This document shows, one piece after another, positions 1 to 10,163 of a stretch of 64,000 bases of DNA (position 1 is the first letter of the stretch; each line of letters begins with the position of its first letter). Location: positions 1,963-65,962 of the forward strand of contig CAZHEE010000008.1 in the NCBI GenBank assembly GCA_964531715.1. Reading direction: 5' to 3'. Made by a program: the position numbers and the translations under genes. This stretch comes from an uncultured Micavibrio sp. (GTDB taxonomy: Bacteria; Pseudomonadota; Alphaproteobacteria; Micavibrionales; UBA1664). The notes beneath the pieces were generated by a model. That model had not been told where the DNA came from. It was given only the letters and a program-made list of their open reading frames with translations, and made no database searches.

Positions 1-542
1 ATTTTGACTTAGCAAAGGCCATTAATGCCCATCTTGTGCCCGAGCCGATTACAATATTGAAAGCCGAAAAAGTTGCAGATGATTTTCATGCACGGTTTGG
101 CGCAATAGTAAAATGCTATCGTTATAGCCTTGTAACAAGGCCCTTTCGACCTGTTTTAGACCGTAACTTCGTCTGGCATTATCGTTATCCGCTCAATATC
201 GAAGCCATGCGCGAAGGTGCAAAACATCTTATAGGGCATCATGATTTCACATCGTTTCGGGATAGTAAATGCCAAGCCAAATCACCCATCAGAACGCTTC
301 AAAAACTTCATATAAAAAACGAATCTTATGACTGCGAAGGAGGCATGCATATTATTTTTGAACTTGAAGGGCAGAGTTTCCTTCATCATCAATGCCGCAA
401 TATTGTGGGCACGCTTGTTCAGGTCGGACGCGGTAAAATAAAACCCGCTGAAATAAAGACAATTCTTGATGCCAAAGACAGGACAAAGGCCGGTATGACA
501 GCACCGCCGCAAGGGCTTTCGCTTATATCTATCGCTTATTAA
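1..542 (+). CDS. truA: tRNA pseudouridine(38-40) synthase TruA, C-terminal part (5' end outside window)
   Basis: The frame is open from the window edge (FDLAKAINAHLVPEPI...). The TruA-like motif HHDFTSFR...CQAKSPIRTL is present, and the stop is at 540-542. Confidence 0.85.
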   Translation, partial: FDLAKAINAHLVPEPITILKAEKVADDFHARFGAIVKCYRYSLVTRPFRPVLDRNFVWHYRYPLNIEAMREGAKHLIGHHDFTSFRDSKCQAKSPIRTLQKLHIKNESYDCEGGMHIIFELEGQSFLHHQCRNIVGTLVQVGRGKIKPAEIKTILDAKDRTKAGMTAPPQGLSLISIAY

Positions 543-580
543 AAATATTTTAACCGCTTGTTATTTCTTTTTTAATATAA

Positions 581-2701
581 ATGCGCCACACTGTAATCAC
601 AATGGTGGGTAATCAACTTTCAATGAATAATATCTGGTCCAGCAAGCTTGTATGGCGTGTGGCAATTGCCCTTTTTTTAGTCATTCTCGCGGTGAATTCC
701 GTTTTTTCTTTTATGAAGCTTGAGCAATATAAAAAAGATCGTCTTTTCGATATGGAGGAGCTGGGCCTATATACCATTATCCCTGCCCTTGCCGATGCAT
801 CTTTTGATCAGACACAACCACCGATTGACCAGAAAACGGCAAACCGTTTAATTTCAAATACACCTTTGCGCGGGCTTGCCTTTTATAATGTCAATTATGA
901 TCTTGTCGGGTCCAGCGGAGAGAATGTAAGCTTAATAGCCTCACGCAATTCCGCGGCAGCGCGAGAGCTTTTTAATGAAGAAAGCGGTATATTCGAGGTT
1001 GTTTATATCCCGAGGGAGCTGGGTATATCGCATTTCATTGTCGCCAGTTTCGATGCCGCACCGATTATCAGTGAGATGAGCAGACAAATCGAGCTTGAAA
1101 TCATCATTGTTATTTTGCTCTCAATGTTTGTTACGCTGGTTTTGATTATCGCCTTGTCAAAATGGTTTTTGGATCCGGTTATTTATCTTTATAAACGATT
1201 GGCTCTTGCCACCAAAGACCCCGAAAACCCACCGGAAATGGATCGTGATTTCCATGATAAAACGGAAATCGGACGTGCGATTGAGGCGGCCGATGTCCTC
1301 ATGACAAATAATGCAGACAGTATCAAGCGCATCAAGGCAATGGCTGAAAGCGAGGTTAATCGCTTGGCTTACTTTGATACTTTAACAGGGCTGCCGAACA
1401 GAATTTCATTTCTGAATACTTTAAAAGAAACATTGGCAGAAACCGACGAGCATTTCCTGGATCGTTACGCCGTACTCACAATGAATGTTGATCATTTTAA
1501 GGATATCAATGACACAATGGGGCATGCCATTGGGGATGAGGTTCTCAAAGCATTCGGTAAACGCCTTTCCAAAACTGTGCCTGAAAACGCTGTTGTATCG
1601 CGGTTGAGCGCCGATGAATTTGCAGTTATGGTACCTTTAAGCGGGGGTGAGGATGAAGGTTTAATTTACGCCAACGAAATTATTGAAGCCTTCCGTAATG
1701 AAGCTATTGAGATTATGGATGAGAATTTTCAAATTCGTTGCTCTGTCGGTATTGCGGTTTGCCCAGAGGATTCTGATAACCCTGAAGAGGTTTTGAAATG
1801 TGCAGATATTGCACTTAACCGTGCCAAGACAGAAGGGCGAGACCGTGCGAAACGCTATGATGGGACTTATACTGAAGATATTCAAAAGCGGTTTCAGATC
1901 TTGCGTGACTTACGTGTAGCCATGGATCATGAGGATCTGGAGCTATTTTACCAGCCACAAATTGATATGGCGAGCGGAAAGCTTATCGGTGCGGAAGCCC
2001 TCATTCGCTGGTTCAAGAAAAACGAAAATGGCGATGGTGCGACATTCATCTCTCCTGTTGATTTTATACCCGTGGCCGAGCAATCAGGTTTGATCCTGCC
2101 GCTTGGTGACTGGATTATGCGCAAGGCTTGCGAAACGGCAAAGGCTTGGTCAGATGAGGGGATGGGTGACCTTTCTATCGCTGTGAACGTTTCCGGCCAC
2201 CAATTCTTGGAAAAAGATCTCGTTCAAAAAATCGAGCGGATTATTATTGATACGGGTATTAAACCGCATCAGCTTGAAGTTGAAGTCACAGAATCCGTTT
2301 TTATGGAGGACACTGATCATTCAATTAAAATGTTGAAAGATATTCAGGCGATGGGTGTGCCGATTGCGATTGATGATTTCGGAACGGGCTATTCTTCACT
2401 ATCTTATTTGCAACGATTCCCGATGGATAAGCTGAAGATTGATCGTGCCTTTATCCGTTATATTGATGAGCAGCGTGATAATCTTGTCCTTACCAAAACT
2501 ATTATCGCGCTTTGTAAGACAATGAATTTGAAAGTAGTGGCCGAAGGGGTCGAAACAGGTGCTGAAGAAAAAATCTTGATTAACGAAGCTTGCGATATAG
2601 GGCAAGGCTACCGTTACTCGCCACCAATTCCAGATTCTAAATTCCGTGAATTTGCTAAAAATTATACAGGTAAATTGAATTATTTTGATAAAGCATCATA
2701 A
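581..2701 (+). CDS. Membrane-anchored GGDEF-EAL signalling protein (c-di-GMP phosphodiesterase with a degenerate cyclase domain)
   Basis: There are two hydrophobic segments in the N-terminal half. The GGDEF position reads SADEF. The EAL motifs look intact (EALIRW, EVTES, DDFGTGYSSLSYL, EGVET, QGY). The start codon is uncertain, with alternative ATGs at 602 and 623. Confidence 0.9.
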   Translation: MRHTVITMVGNQLSMNNIWSSKLVWRVAIALFLVILAVNSVFSFMKLEQYKKDRLFDMEELGLYTIIPALADASFDQTQPPIDQKTANRLISNTPLRGLAFYNVNYDLVGSSGENVSLIASRNSAAARELFNEESGIFEVVYIPRELGISHFIVASFDAAPIISEMSRQIELEIIIVILLSMFVTLVLIIALSKWFLDPVIYLYKRLALATKDPENPPEMDRDFHDKTEIGRAIEAADVLMTNNADSIKRIKAMAESEVNRLAYFDTLTGLPNRISFLNTLKETLAETDEHFLDRYAVLTMNVDHFKDINDTMGHAIGDEVLKAFGKRLSKTVPENAVVSRLSADEFAVMVPLSGGEDEGLIYANEIIEAFRNEAIEIMDENFQIRCSVGIAVCPEDSDNPEEVLKCADIALNRAKTEGRDRAKRYDGTYTEDIQKRFQILRDLRVAMDHEDLELFYQPQIDMASGKLIGAEALIRWFKKNENGDGATFISPVDFIPVAEQSGLILPLGDWIMRKACETAKAWSDEGMGDLSIAVNVSGHQFLEKDLVQKIERIIIDTGIKPHQLEVEVTESVFMEDTDHSIKMLKDIQAMGVPIAIDDFGTGYSSLSYLQRFPMDKLKIDRAFIRYIDEQRDNLVLTKTIIALCKTMNLKVVAEGVETGAEEKILINEACDIGQGYRYSPPIPDSKFREFAKNYTGKLNYFDKAS

Positions 2702-2712
2702 ATAGTCAAAGT

Positions 2713-3369
2713 ATGAATTTAAATATCATAACCATCGATGGGCCGGCGGCAAGCGGAAAAGGAACACTTGCGCGAAAAATTGCCGCTGAGCTTAATTATT
2801 TCTACCTCGATACTGGTAAAATTTATCGTTTGATTGGATTGGAAGCTTTGAAGAATGACTTAGACCCTGAAACAGACGTCAAAGAAATTGCAAACCTTGC
2901 GCGGCAGCTTGCCGTTAATTTTGATATGGCTTTGCTTCAAAATCCTGAGCTTACTTCAGATTTGGCAGGGCAAATGGCCTCGCGTACATCTCAATTCCAA
3001 CCTATTAGAGAGGCCGTTCTCGACCTTCAACGCAGTTTAGCCAAGAACCCTCCTCAAGGCCAAAAAGGAACGGTCTTGGACGGGCGCGATTGCGGCACGC
3101 GCATTTGTCCTGATGCAGATTATAAATTTTACATCACTGCAAACCAAAAGGCACGTGCTGAACGCCGCTATCACGAACTTAGTGCCAAAGATGAAAACCT
3201 CACTTTTGAAACTGTTTATAAAGATATGCAAATCCGTGATGAGCGGGATATGACACGTGAGAATGATCCTCTCAAACCCGCTGAAGATGCCATCATCATT
3301 GATACATCCGATATGACCGTGGATGAGGCGTTTGCAAAAATTAAAAATACTCTCGCCCTATCCTCATAA
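2713..3369 (+). CDS. cmk: Cytidylate kinase
   Basis: The P-loop ITIDGPAASGKGT is present, the length is 218 aa, and the conserved cmk-rpsA synteny holds. Confidence 0.95.
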   Translation: MNLNIITIDGPAASGKGTLARKIAAELNYFYLDTGKIYRLIGLEALKNDLDPETDVKEIANLARQLAVNFDMALLQNPELTSDLAGQMASRTSQFQPIREAVLDLQRSLAKNPPQGQKGTVLDGRDCGTRICPDADYKFYITANQKARAERRYHELSAKDENLTFETVYKDMQIRDERDMTRENDPLKPAEDAIIIDTSDMTVDEAFAKIKNTLALSS

Positions 3370-3502
3370 AATAATAACAGGCTTCACTTGCATTTCATCG
3401 CTATTAACGCTACAAAGGCGATTGTTATCCACAGGGCTGGGCTAACCCCCGTGCAAGCTTCATGTGTTTGGCATATTTTGACTATAAAGAGAGACTATTA
3501 TT

Positions 3503-5209
3503 ATGGCTGGAGTAGCAGCAAAACTAAATGACAGAGAAGAGAGTTCGGATTTCGCCGCTCTTCTTGGTGAAACAATTGGCGAAAATGAAAATTTTGCAGG
3601 TCAGGTTGTGACCGGAACTATCGTCACACTTGGTGCAGACCACGTGACAGTTGATGTAGGATTAAAATCAGAAGGGCGCATTCCGCTTAAAGAATTCGGC
3701 CTTGCAGGGCAACGCGCCGAGCTGAATATTGGTGACCCTGTTGAAGTCTATGTCGAGAGACTTGAAGACAAAAACGGTGAAGCCGTTCTTTCACGTGAGA
3801 AGGCGCGCCGCGAGGAAGCTTGGACCGATTTAGAAAAAATGCATGAGAAAAACGAGAATGTCACCGGTGTGATGTTCGGCAAGGTGAAAGGCGGCTTTAC
3901 GGTTGACCTTAACGGCGCCGTTGCATTTTTGCCTGGCTCACAAGTCGATGTTCGCCCAATCCGCGATGTGTCTGCCCTTATGGGTGTGCCGCAACCATTC
4001 CAAATCCTGAAAATGGACCGCGCACGCGGCAACATTGTTGTCTCACGCCGTGCCATCCTTGAGGAAAGCCGCGAAGAAGCGCGTTCTGGCCTGATGGACA
4101 CTATGGAAGAAGGTAAAATCCTGACCGGTATTGTGAAAAACATTACGGATTATGGTGCCTTTGTTGATTTGGGCGGTATTGATGGCTTGCTCCATGTGAC
4201 AGATGTGTCATGGAAGCGTATCAACCACCCGTCCGAGGCTCTGTCTGTCGGACAACAAATTGATGTGATGGTTATTCGTTTTAACGAAGAAAATGGCCGC
4301 GTATCATTGGGGATGAAGCAGCTTGAAGATGACCCATGGGAGAATGCGGAAACGCTCTACCCTGTCGGTGCAACTTATAAGGGTCGTATTTCCAATATTA
4401 CGGATTATGGTGCCTTTGTTGAGCTTGATGACGGTATTGAAGGGCTGGTTCACGTTTCCGAAATGTCATGGACAAAGAAGAATGTCCATCCTGGCAAGAT
4501 TGTCTCAACTTCTCAGGAAGTGGATGTTCAGGTTCTGGATGTTGACCTTGAGAAGCGTCGTATCTCGCTTGGTATAAAACAAACACAGCCGAACCCTTGG
4601 GCGGATTATATCGATAGCAAGAAAGTCGGTGACGAGATTGAAGGCGAAATCCGCAATATTACGGAATTCGGCTTGTTTGTCGGCTTGACGGATGAAATTG
4701 ACGGGATGGTTCATATCTCTGACATTTCATGGGAAGACCAGAGCGAAGATATCCTTAAAACTGTCTCCAAAGGCGATAAGGTTAAGGCAAAAATCCTCGA
4801 AATGGATGCGGATAAGGAACGCGTTGCACTCGGTATCAAGCAACTGACTAAAGACCCGTTTGACGGTGCCTTAACAGGTGTTGCCAAGGGTGCGGTTGTG
4901 ACGGGCACAATCACCGAAATTGAAAATACCGGTGTCAAAGTCTCTGTTAATGACGCGCTCAAAGGTTATATCAAAAAGGCTGACCTCTCCGCCGAACGTT
5001 CGGAACAACGCCCTGACCGTTTTGCCGTGGGTGAGAAAGTTGACGCGAAAGTCATGAAAATTGACACGAAAACGCGTGAATTGTCACTCTCTATCAAGGC
5101 TTATGAGCAAGAGCAGAACAAGAAAGCCATGGAAGAATACGGTTCAACCGAATCGGGCGCATCCCTTGGTGATATTCTTGGTGCCGCACTTGGTGATGAG
5201 AAGAAATAA
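3503..5209 (+). CDS. rpsA: 30S ribosomal protein S1
   Basis: The 568-aa product has six S1-domain repeats (for example ITDYGAFVDLGGIDGLLHVTDVSW) and lies downstream of cmk. Confidence 0.95.
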   Translation: MAGVAAKLNDREESSDFAALLGETIGENENFAGQVVTGTIVTLGADHVTVDVGLKSEGRIPLKEFGLAGQRAELNIGDPVEVYVERLEDKNGEAVLSREKARREEAWTDLEKMHEKNENVTGVMFGKVKGGFTVDLNGAVAFLPGSQVDVRPIRDVSALMGVPQPFQILKMDRARGNIVVSRRAILEESREEARSGLMDTMEEGKILTGIVKNITDYGAFVDLGGIDGLLHVTDVSWKRINHPSEALSVGQQIDVMVIRFNEENGRVSLGMKQLEDDPWENAETLYPVGATYKGRISNITDYGAFVELDDGIEGLVHVSEMSWTKKNVHPGKIVSTSQEVDVQVLDVDLEKRRISLGIKQTQPNPWADYIDSKKVGDEIEGEIRNITEFGLFVGLTDEIDGMVHISDISWEDQSEDILKTVSKGDKVKAKILEMDADKERVALGIKQLTKDPFDGALTGVAKGAVVTGTITEIENTGVKVSVNDALKGYIKKADLSAERSEQRPDRFAVGEKVDAKVMKIDTKTRELSLSIKAYEQEQNKKAMEEYGSTESGASLGDILGAALGDEKK

Positions 5210-5276
5210 GTCACTATAATCAAACAATTAAATTTAGCCCTTCACAAAGAAATGAAATCCCTTTATTTTATAGTGA

Positions 5277-6050
5277 ATGGCTGAATTTACCCTTCCACGA
5301 AATTCCAAAGTTGAAAAAGGCGAATATTTCGCTTGCGGCTCTGATAATAAGCGCACTATTCGTGTTTATCGCTGGTCACCTGATGATGACCGTAATCCCC
5401 ATATGAACAGTTATGAAGTCGATATGGACACATGCGGTCCGATGGTTTTGGATGCACTGATTAAAATTAAAAATGAAACTGACTCCAGCCTGACCTTCCG
5501 CCGTTCCTGCCGCGAAGGAATCTGCGGGTCATGCGCGATGAATATTGACGGCACAAATACGCTCGCCTGTATTAAGCCGATGGATGAGGTCAAGGGCGAT
5601 ATTGACATTTACCCCTTGCCTCATATGCCGGTTGTTAAGGACCTTGTCCCTGACCTGACCCATGTTTATGCGCAGCTCGCCTCGATTAAACCATGGATGC
5701 AGACACAAAGCACACCGCCCTCGCGGGAGCGTTTGCAATCCCCTGAGGAACAAGCGTTGATTGATGAGGCCTCGGCCTGTATTTTATGTTTTTGCTGCTC
5801 AACCGCATGTCCATCCTATTGGTGGAATGCAGACAGGTTTTTGGGGCCTGCTGTCTTGCTCATGGCTTATCGATGGATTGCGGACAGCCGTGACGAGGCA
5901 ACGGGCGAACGGCTTGATAATCTGGAAGATCCGTTCCGCCTTTATCGTTGTCACACAATTATGAATTGCACAAAAACCTGCCCTAAAGGTTTGAACCCCG
6001 CCAAAGCGATTGCCGAAATCAAAAAATTGATGGTCGCCCGCGCGGTTTAG
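5277..6050 (+). CDS. sdhB: Succinate dehydrogenase iron-sulfur subunit
   Basis: All three Fe-S cluster cysteine motifs are present: [31 protein letters not shown] and [17 protein letters not shown]. Confidence 0.95.
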   Translation: MAEFTLPRNSKVEKGEYFACGSDNKRTIRVYRWSPDDDRNPHMNSYEVDMDTCGPMVLDALIKIKNETDSSLTFRRSCREGICGSCAMNIDGTNTLACIKPMDEVKGDIDIYPLPHMPVVKDLVPDLTHVYAQLASIKPWMQTQSTPPSRERLQSPEEQALIDEASACILCFCCSTACPSYWWNADRFLGPAVLLMAYRWIADSRDEATGERLDNLEDPFRLYRCHTIMNCTKTCPKGLNPAKAIAEIKKLMVARAV

Positions 6051-6835
6051 TTCATTCTTAAATGTTCAAGTGCAATATCGTTCGCAAGGCTTCTAATAGA
6101 TGGATCAAATACTTCTCGTGCTCTGCGCATTAATGAACTATAAAATTCATCACTAGCCATAAGCGTTTGATCAAGACTTTCCTGTAAACAGGCTTTTCCT
6201 GTTTTTGGCTTTTCATCTCTACGATTGCATCTACCTTGTAATGCTGACATTACATTATATGTTGCAGTCAGTGCCGCATCCATCATTCTCTTATCGCGCT
6301 CATCTGACAATGAAACTACATGTTTGCGATCTGTAGCTTTAGCTATCAAATCAGCCGCGTATTTTGCCTCCTTCCGAATTTGTTCTTCAAAAAGATGGAC
6401 AAGAGGTATTACAGCAATAGCGGGTTTTGTAAGTCCGGCTTTTGAAGGATCAATCAAAGATTTACTTCCTTTAACTAAAATATTTTGCCCGCCTCGGACT
6501 CTTCTGATAGAGAAGCCCATTAATGGAACATCAATATCATCGGATGAAACATTATAAATAGCTAAAGTAAATGCTTCTCCTGAACGAAACTTTCTTAAAG
6601 AAGGCTGTTCATCTTCAGGTATATCAATTTTGTGCTGTATAAAAGGCATATCCATTGAATTTAGAGTAATAAGCCGTCCTTCTGGCTGTTGGTCTATAAT
6701 TTCATCCATCTCTTCTTTACAAGTAACATGCCTCGTAATACTTAGTGAACTAATCTTAGGATCTTTTCTTGTAACTACTGTAAGCATTGATTTAAACCAT
6801 TCTAATTTGCTATAAAGATTATGTATTATAAACAA
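6047..6835 (-). CDS. Hypothetical protein (no recognisable family)
   Basis: This is a 262-aa ORF in a visibly AT-rich stretch with no competing ORF of similar length. It is convergent with sdhB and overlaps it by 4 nt. Confidence 0.5.
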   Translation of the reverse strand: MFIIHNLYSKLEWFKSMLTVVTRKDPKISSLSITRHVTCKEEMDEIIDQQPEGRLITLNSMDMPFIQHKIDIPEDEQPSLRKFRSGEAFTLAIYNVSSDDIDVPLMGFSIRRVRGGQNILVKGSKSLIDPSKAGLTKPAIAVIPLVHLFEEQIRKEAKYAADLIAKATDRKHVVSLSDERDKRMMDAALTATYNVMSALQGRCNRRDEKPKTGKACLQESLDQTLMASDEFYSSLMRRAREVFDPSIRSLANDIALEHLRMN

Positions 6836-6906
6836 TAAAAGCTATATATGGTCAAATATTATTTCAAATTTATCCATATATTCGCAACTAAAAGATATTC
6901 AGCAAT

Positions 6907-8100
6907 TTATTTATTATAAAATTCCTTCTGCCTTACACCCTTATGCCAGAGATAAAACCCGATCGCGCTTAATATAATTAACTGCACCGCGATATAGGCA
7001 AGCCCTTCCAATATTGAGAAATTCTCCTCAATCCATCCGAGTATAAGCCCTGTCGGAATGAACATCAGGCTAATCAAAAAGCCAAGGGTTGAGAGAATTG
7101 TTGCCCGACGCGCAGGGTCGGCATATTTATTAATCGCATTTTGAACAAATGGAAAACCATACCCCCAAACGCCGGTCACCATTAATAAACAAATGATAGA
7201 TATCGGGACATGAAAAATAATCGCCAGTCCGAGCATACTGACCGTAAAACCGGCAAGGGATAACAGCATTATACGATTGGATAAATTAAGCCTGAACCGA
7301 TGCCCGAAATGCCCCAGCAATCCGCCAAATAAAAATCCTGCCGCCATGATATAGCCGAAATAGAGAACAGGGATATCAACATATTGCATAAAGGGTTGCT
7401 GCGCCCACATGACCATTTTAGTTGTGCAAAACAGGACTGTTGAAACGAGGATGATGCCTGCAATCTCTTTATGCCCATACAAGGCATAACGTAATGTCAC
7501 CGCCATATCATAAAACGGATTTTTGATAACTTTTTCTTTAATCCGCTCAGGTTCTTGCATCAGCAAAACAGCAATCACCGCAAGCGTTAGCGTTAAAATA
7601 TCGAATATTAGCGGCAGGCGCATATCATAATGGTAGAGTATACCACCGCAAACCGCACCAATGGCCACGGCGTATAGCCCTGTCCCATGCCGTTTTCCCT
7701 CTAACCTTTGGTAAAGATGCGTTTTATCCTTCATGGCCAAGGAATCATATAAAATAGCCGTCACCGTTCCCGAATTACAGGCAACACCAATGCCCAAAAC
7801 CGCTTGCGCTGACATCGCTGTCCAGAAACCCTGCGCAGTTAACAGTAATGTATAACCTGTAATGGCGGTGAGACAGCCGAGCAACAACGTTTTCTTTCTG
7901 CTCCATACATCGGATAGCCAACCGCTCGGCACTTCCATCGCAATAATAACAATGGCAAACAGCGCCTCACCAATCAGGAAATCCCTGAAAGTGAGGCCAA
8001 GCCTGTCCTGATAATACGGAATGATGACAGGCAAGATAAAGACCGTCCCGACACAAAAAGTATAAAGATTGATCAGGAATATATTGCGTTTCAGCGTCAT
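6907..8100 (-). CDS. MFS-type transporter
   Basis: The 397-aa product has about 12 hydrophobic helices in a 6+6 layout with a central loop. It overlaps the upstream GNAT gene by 4 nt. Confidence 0.8.
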   Translation of the reverse strand: MTLKRNIFLINLYTFCVGTVFILPVIIPYYQDRLGLTFRDFLIGEALFAIVIIAMEVPSGWLSDVWSRKKTLLLGCLTAITGYTLLLTAQGFWTAMSAQAVLGIGVACNSGTVTAILYDSLAMKDKTHLYQRLEGKRHGTGLYAVAIGAVCGGILYHYDMRLPLIFDILTLTLAVIAVLLMQEPERIKEKVIKNPFYDMAVTLRYALYGHKEIAGIILVSTVLFCTTKMVMWAQQPFMQYVDIPVLYFGYIMAAGFLFGGLLGHFGHRFRLNLSNRIMLLSLAGFTVSMLGLAIIFHVPISIICLLMVTGVWGYGFPFVQNAINKYADPARRATILSTLGFLISLMFIPTGLILGWIEENFSILEGLAYIAVQLIILSAIGFYLWHKGVRQKEFYNK

Positions 8101-8720
8101 GGCTCACCGACCCATCGCACATCAAAATCTTTCAAGTGATTGCAATGAAACAGGCTGTAATAATGATGGTCATAAACTGAACCGTCAGGCGCATAATAAT
8201 CTTTTAATGATGTATATTCATGGGCAAAGCCACATTTTTCAATAACACGACGGCTGGCATCATTGCCCTCGGCATGCGCGATGACGACCTTATTCGCTTT
8301 CAAAACATCAAAGGCATAACGGATGAGAGCTTTCGTGCTTTCAGTGGCGTAACCTTGACCATGGGCAGATTGCCGAAACCAATAACCGATTTCAACGTGG
8401 CGCGTTTTCCAATCAAAGCGGTGAAGCCCTGTGCCGCCGACAAATTGTCCTGTTTCTTTTGCAAAAACGAGCATCATTAAATCTCTTCTTTCAAGGAATT
8501 TAATATGCGCTTCACGCATGAATATTTCATCTTCTTCGACAGATGTTTTTTCCTTCGCCCATGGCATCCATTGGTGTAGCCTATCCCAAGTCTCAAGCTT
8601 AGCTTCATTAAGTGCTTGTCCATCGCCGAAACGAGGCTCGCGTAACATGAGCCGCTCTGTCTCGATCGGTAATGGTAAATCAATTAACAGTGGTTTATCA
8701 AAGTTTATATTAGTCATCAT
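8097..8720 (-). CDS. GNAT family N-acetyltransferase (RimJ/RimL-like)
   Basis: The acetyl-CoA binding region QGYATESTKALIRYAFD and the 207-aa length fit the RimJ/RimL-like architecture. Confidence 0.85.
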   Translation of the reverse strand: MMTNINFDKPLLIDLPLPIETERLMLREPRFGDGQALNEAKLETWDRLHQWMPWAKEKTSVEEDEIFMREAHIKFLERRDLMMLVFAKETGQFVGGTGLHRFDWKTRHVEIGYWFRQSAHGQGYATESTKALIRYAFDVLKANKVVIAHAEGNDASRRVIEKCGFAHEYTSLKDYYAPDGSVYDHHYYSLFHCNHLKDFDVRWVGEP

Positions 8721-8772
8721 TCCATCCTTTTTATTTTAAAAGAGAAATGACCTAAATTACTGATATTAAATA

Positions 8773-8810
8773 GAAAAAAGGCCAAAACTCATTTCGTTTC
8801 GAGTTGGCCT
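8773..8810 (-). terminator. Putative rho-independent terminator (minus strand)
   Basis: The stem pairs ggccaa(aa)actc with gagttggcc. On the minus strand it is followed by a T-run, seen as the plus-strand A-run at 8773-8778. It lies downstream of the DUF1674 gene. Confidence 0.5.
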
Positions 8811-8982
8811 TGTGTGAGAGTTATAAAACCAACTTGTTAACGGCTTTGTTTCGCCGTTACATAATCGCGTTTGAAATTCCCTGAGCCAAGCATCAGGAGG
8901 AAAATCACGGACATGCAAACAAGTTGTTCAATACTCATACTATAAGTGAAACATAGTTCAAGACTTTAACGCAAGATAAAAA

Positions 8983-9183
8983 TTAAAAATCTATCGCGCG
9001 TCCGTCTTTCTCCCAATCGCCATAGCGGGTCGGGTCTTTACCATCGCGCCCGCCTTTTTCATCTTTGCGATTATCAAGAATACCTTCTTTTTTGGCATCT
9101 TCCGCTGTTTTGCGATTGCGTGATGGTGTGTCCTTGTCGTTTACGGCATTCGTATCAATCGGTTTCAATTTATCATTATTCAT
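8983..9183 (-). CDS. DUF1674 family protein (SDHAF4-like succinate dehydrogenase assembly factor homologue)
   Basis: The 66-aa basic product ends in the DUF1674 signature TRYGDWEKDGRAIDF. Confidence 0.75.
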   Translation of the reverse strand: MNNDKLKPIDTNAVNDKDTPSRNRKTAEDAKKEGILDNRKDEKGGRDGKDPTRYGDWEKDGRAIDF

Positions 9184-9303
9184 GTATGATGAAATAGCCT
9201 TCCTGCCTTATATTTCAAGTGATCTTGTTTTAAGATATGAACGTCATATTTTCATCTTAATTTTTTACTGTATATATAATAAAAACCAAGAAAGCTTAAT
9301 GTG

Positions 9304-10137
9304 ATGTCAGGATATTTGAAAACAACAATTCTTATGGCGGCAATGACCGCCTTATTCATTGGTATCGGCGGTCTGATGGGTGGTCGGGGCGGTATGATGA
9401 TCGCCTTTATCCTTGCGGCAGGGACCAATATTTTTGCCTGGTGGAATTCGGGTAAGATGGTTTTGAAATATTATAAGGCTAGGGAAGTGGATGCTCAGTC
9501 TGCCCCCGACCTCTATAATATGGTGGCGCAAATGGCGGAGAATGCCGCGATGCCGATGCCCAAAGTCTATATTATTGAAAATGACCAACCCAACGCCTTT
9601 GCAACGGGTCGGAACCCTGAAAATGCAGCCGTGGCCGCAACTACAGGATTACTGCGCAGGCTGGATAGTGGTGAGGTCGCAGGCGTTATGGCGCATGAGC
9701 TGGCGCATATTAAAAACCGTGACACGCTCATTATGACTGTCACGGCAACGCTTGCGGGTGCGATATCCATGCTCGCTAATTTTATGATGTTTACAGGTAG
9801 TGGCAGTAATAACCGCATGGGCATACTTGGCACACTCGCAGTGATGATTTTGGCACCGCTTGCCGCAACAATCGTTCAAATGGCGATTTCACGCTCACGC
9901 GAATATGAGGCGGATAAAATAGGGGCGGAGATTTGCGGAAAGCCTGAATGGCTCGCCTCCGCATTAGAGAAAATCGCGCTCAAGGCTCAGGTCATTGACA
10001 ATAATGCGGCGGAACGTAACCCCGCAACCGCGCATATGTTCATTATCAATCCACTCCATATGCATGCGGTTGATGGGCTGTTTTCTACCCACCCTAATAC
10101 GCAAGAGCGTATCCGTCGATTGAGAGAGATGGTCTAG
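9304..10137 (+). CDS. htpX: Zinc metalloprotease HtpX
   Basis: The [10 protein letters not shown] zinc motif and four TM segments are present. ATG 9304 is preferred over the in-frame GTG at 9301. Confidence 0.9.
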   Translation: MSGYLKTTILMAAMTALFIGIGGLMGGRGGMMIAFILAAGTNIFAWWNSGKMVLKYYKAREVDAQSAPDLYNMVAQMAENAAMPMPKVYIIENDQPNAFATGRNPENAAVAATTGLLRRLDSGEVAGVMAHELAHIKNRDTLIMTVTATLAGAISMLANFMMFTGSGSNNRMGILGTLAVMILAPLAATIVQMAISRSREYEADKIGAEICGKPEWLASALEKIALKAQVIDNNAAERNPATAHMFIINPLHMHAVDGLFSTHPNTQERIRRLREMV

Positions 10138-10163
10138 GTTCTTTCCCCTCTCCCTTTTATTAT

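Noticed and set aside
3370-3502. 133-bp rpsA leader examined for a tRNA or structured ncRNA
   Set aside because: There is no cloverleaf or T-loop (GGTTCGA-type) signature, and I could define no convincing conserved structure by eye.
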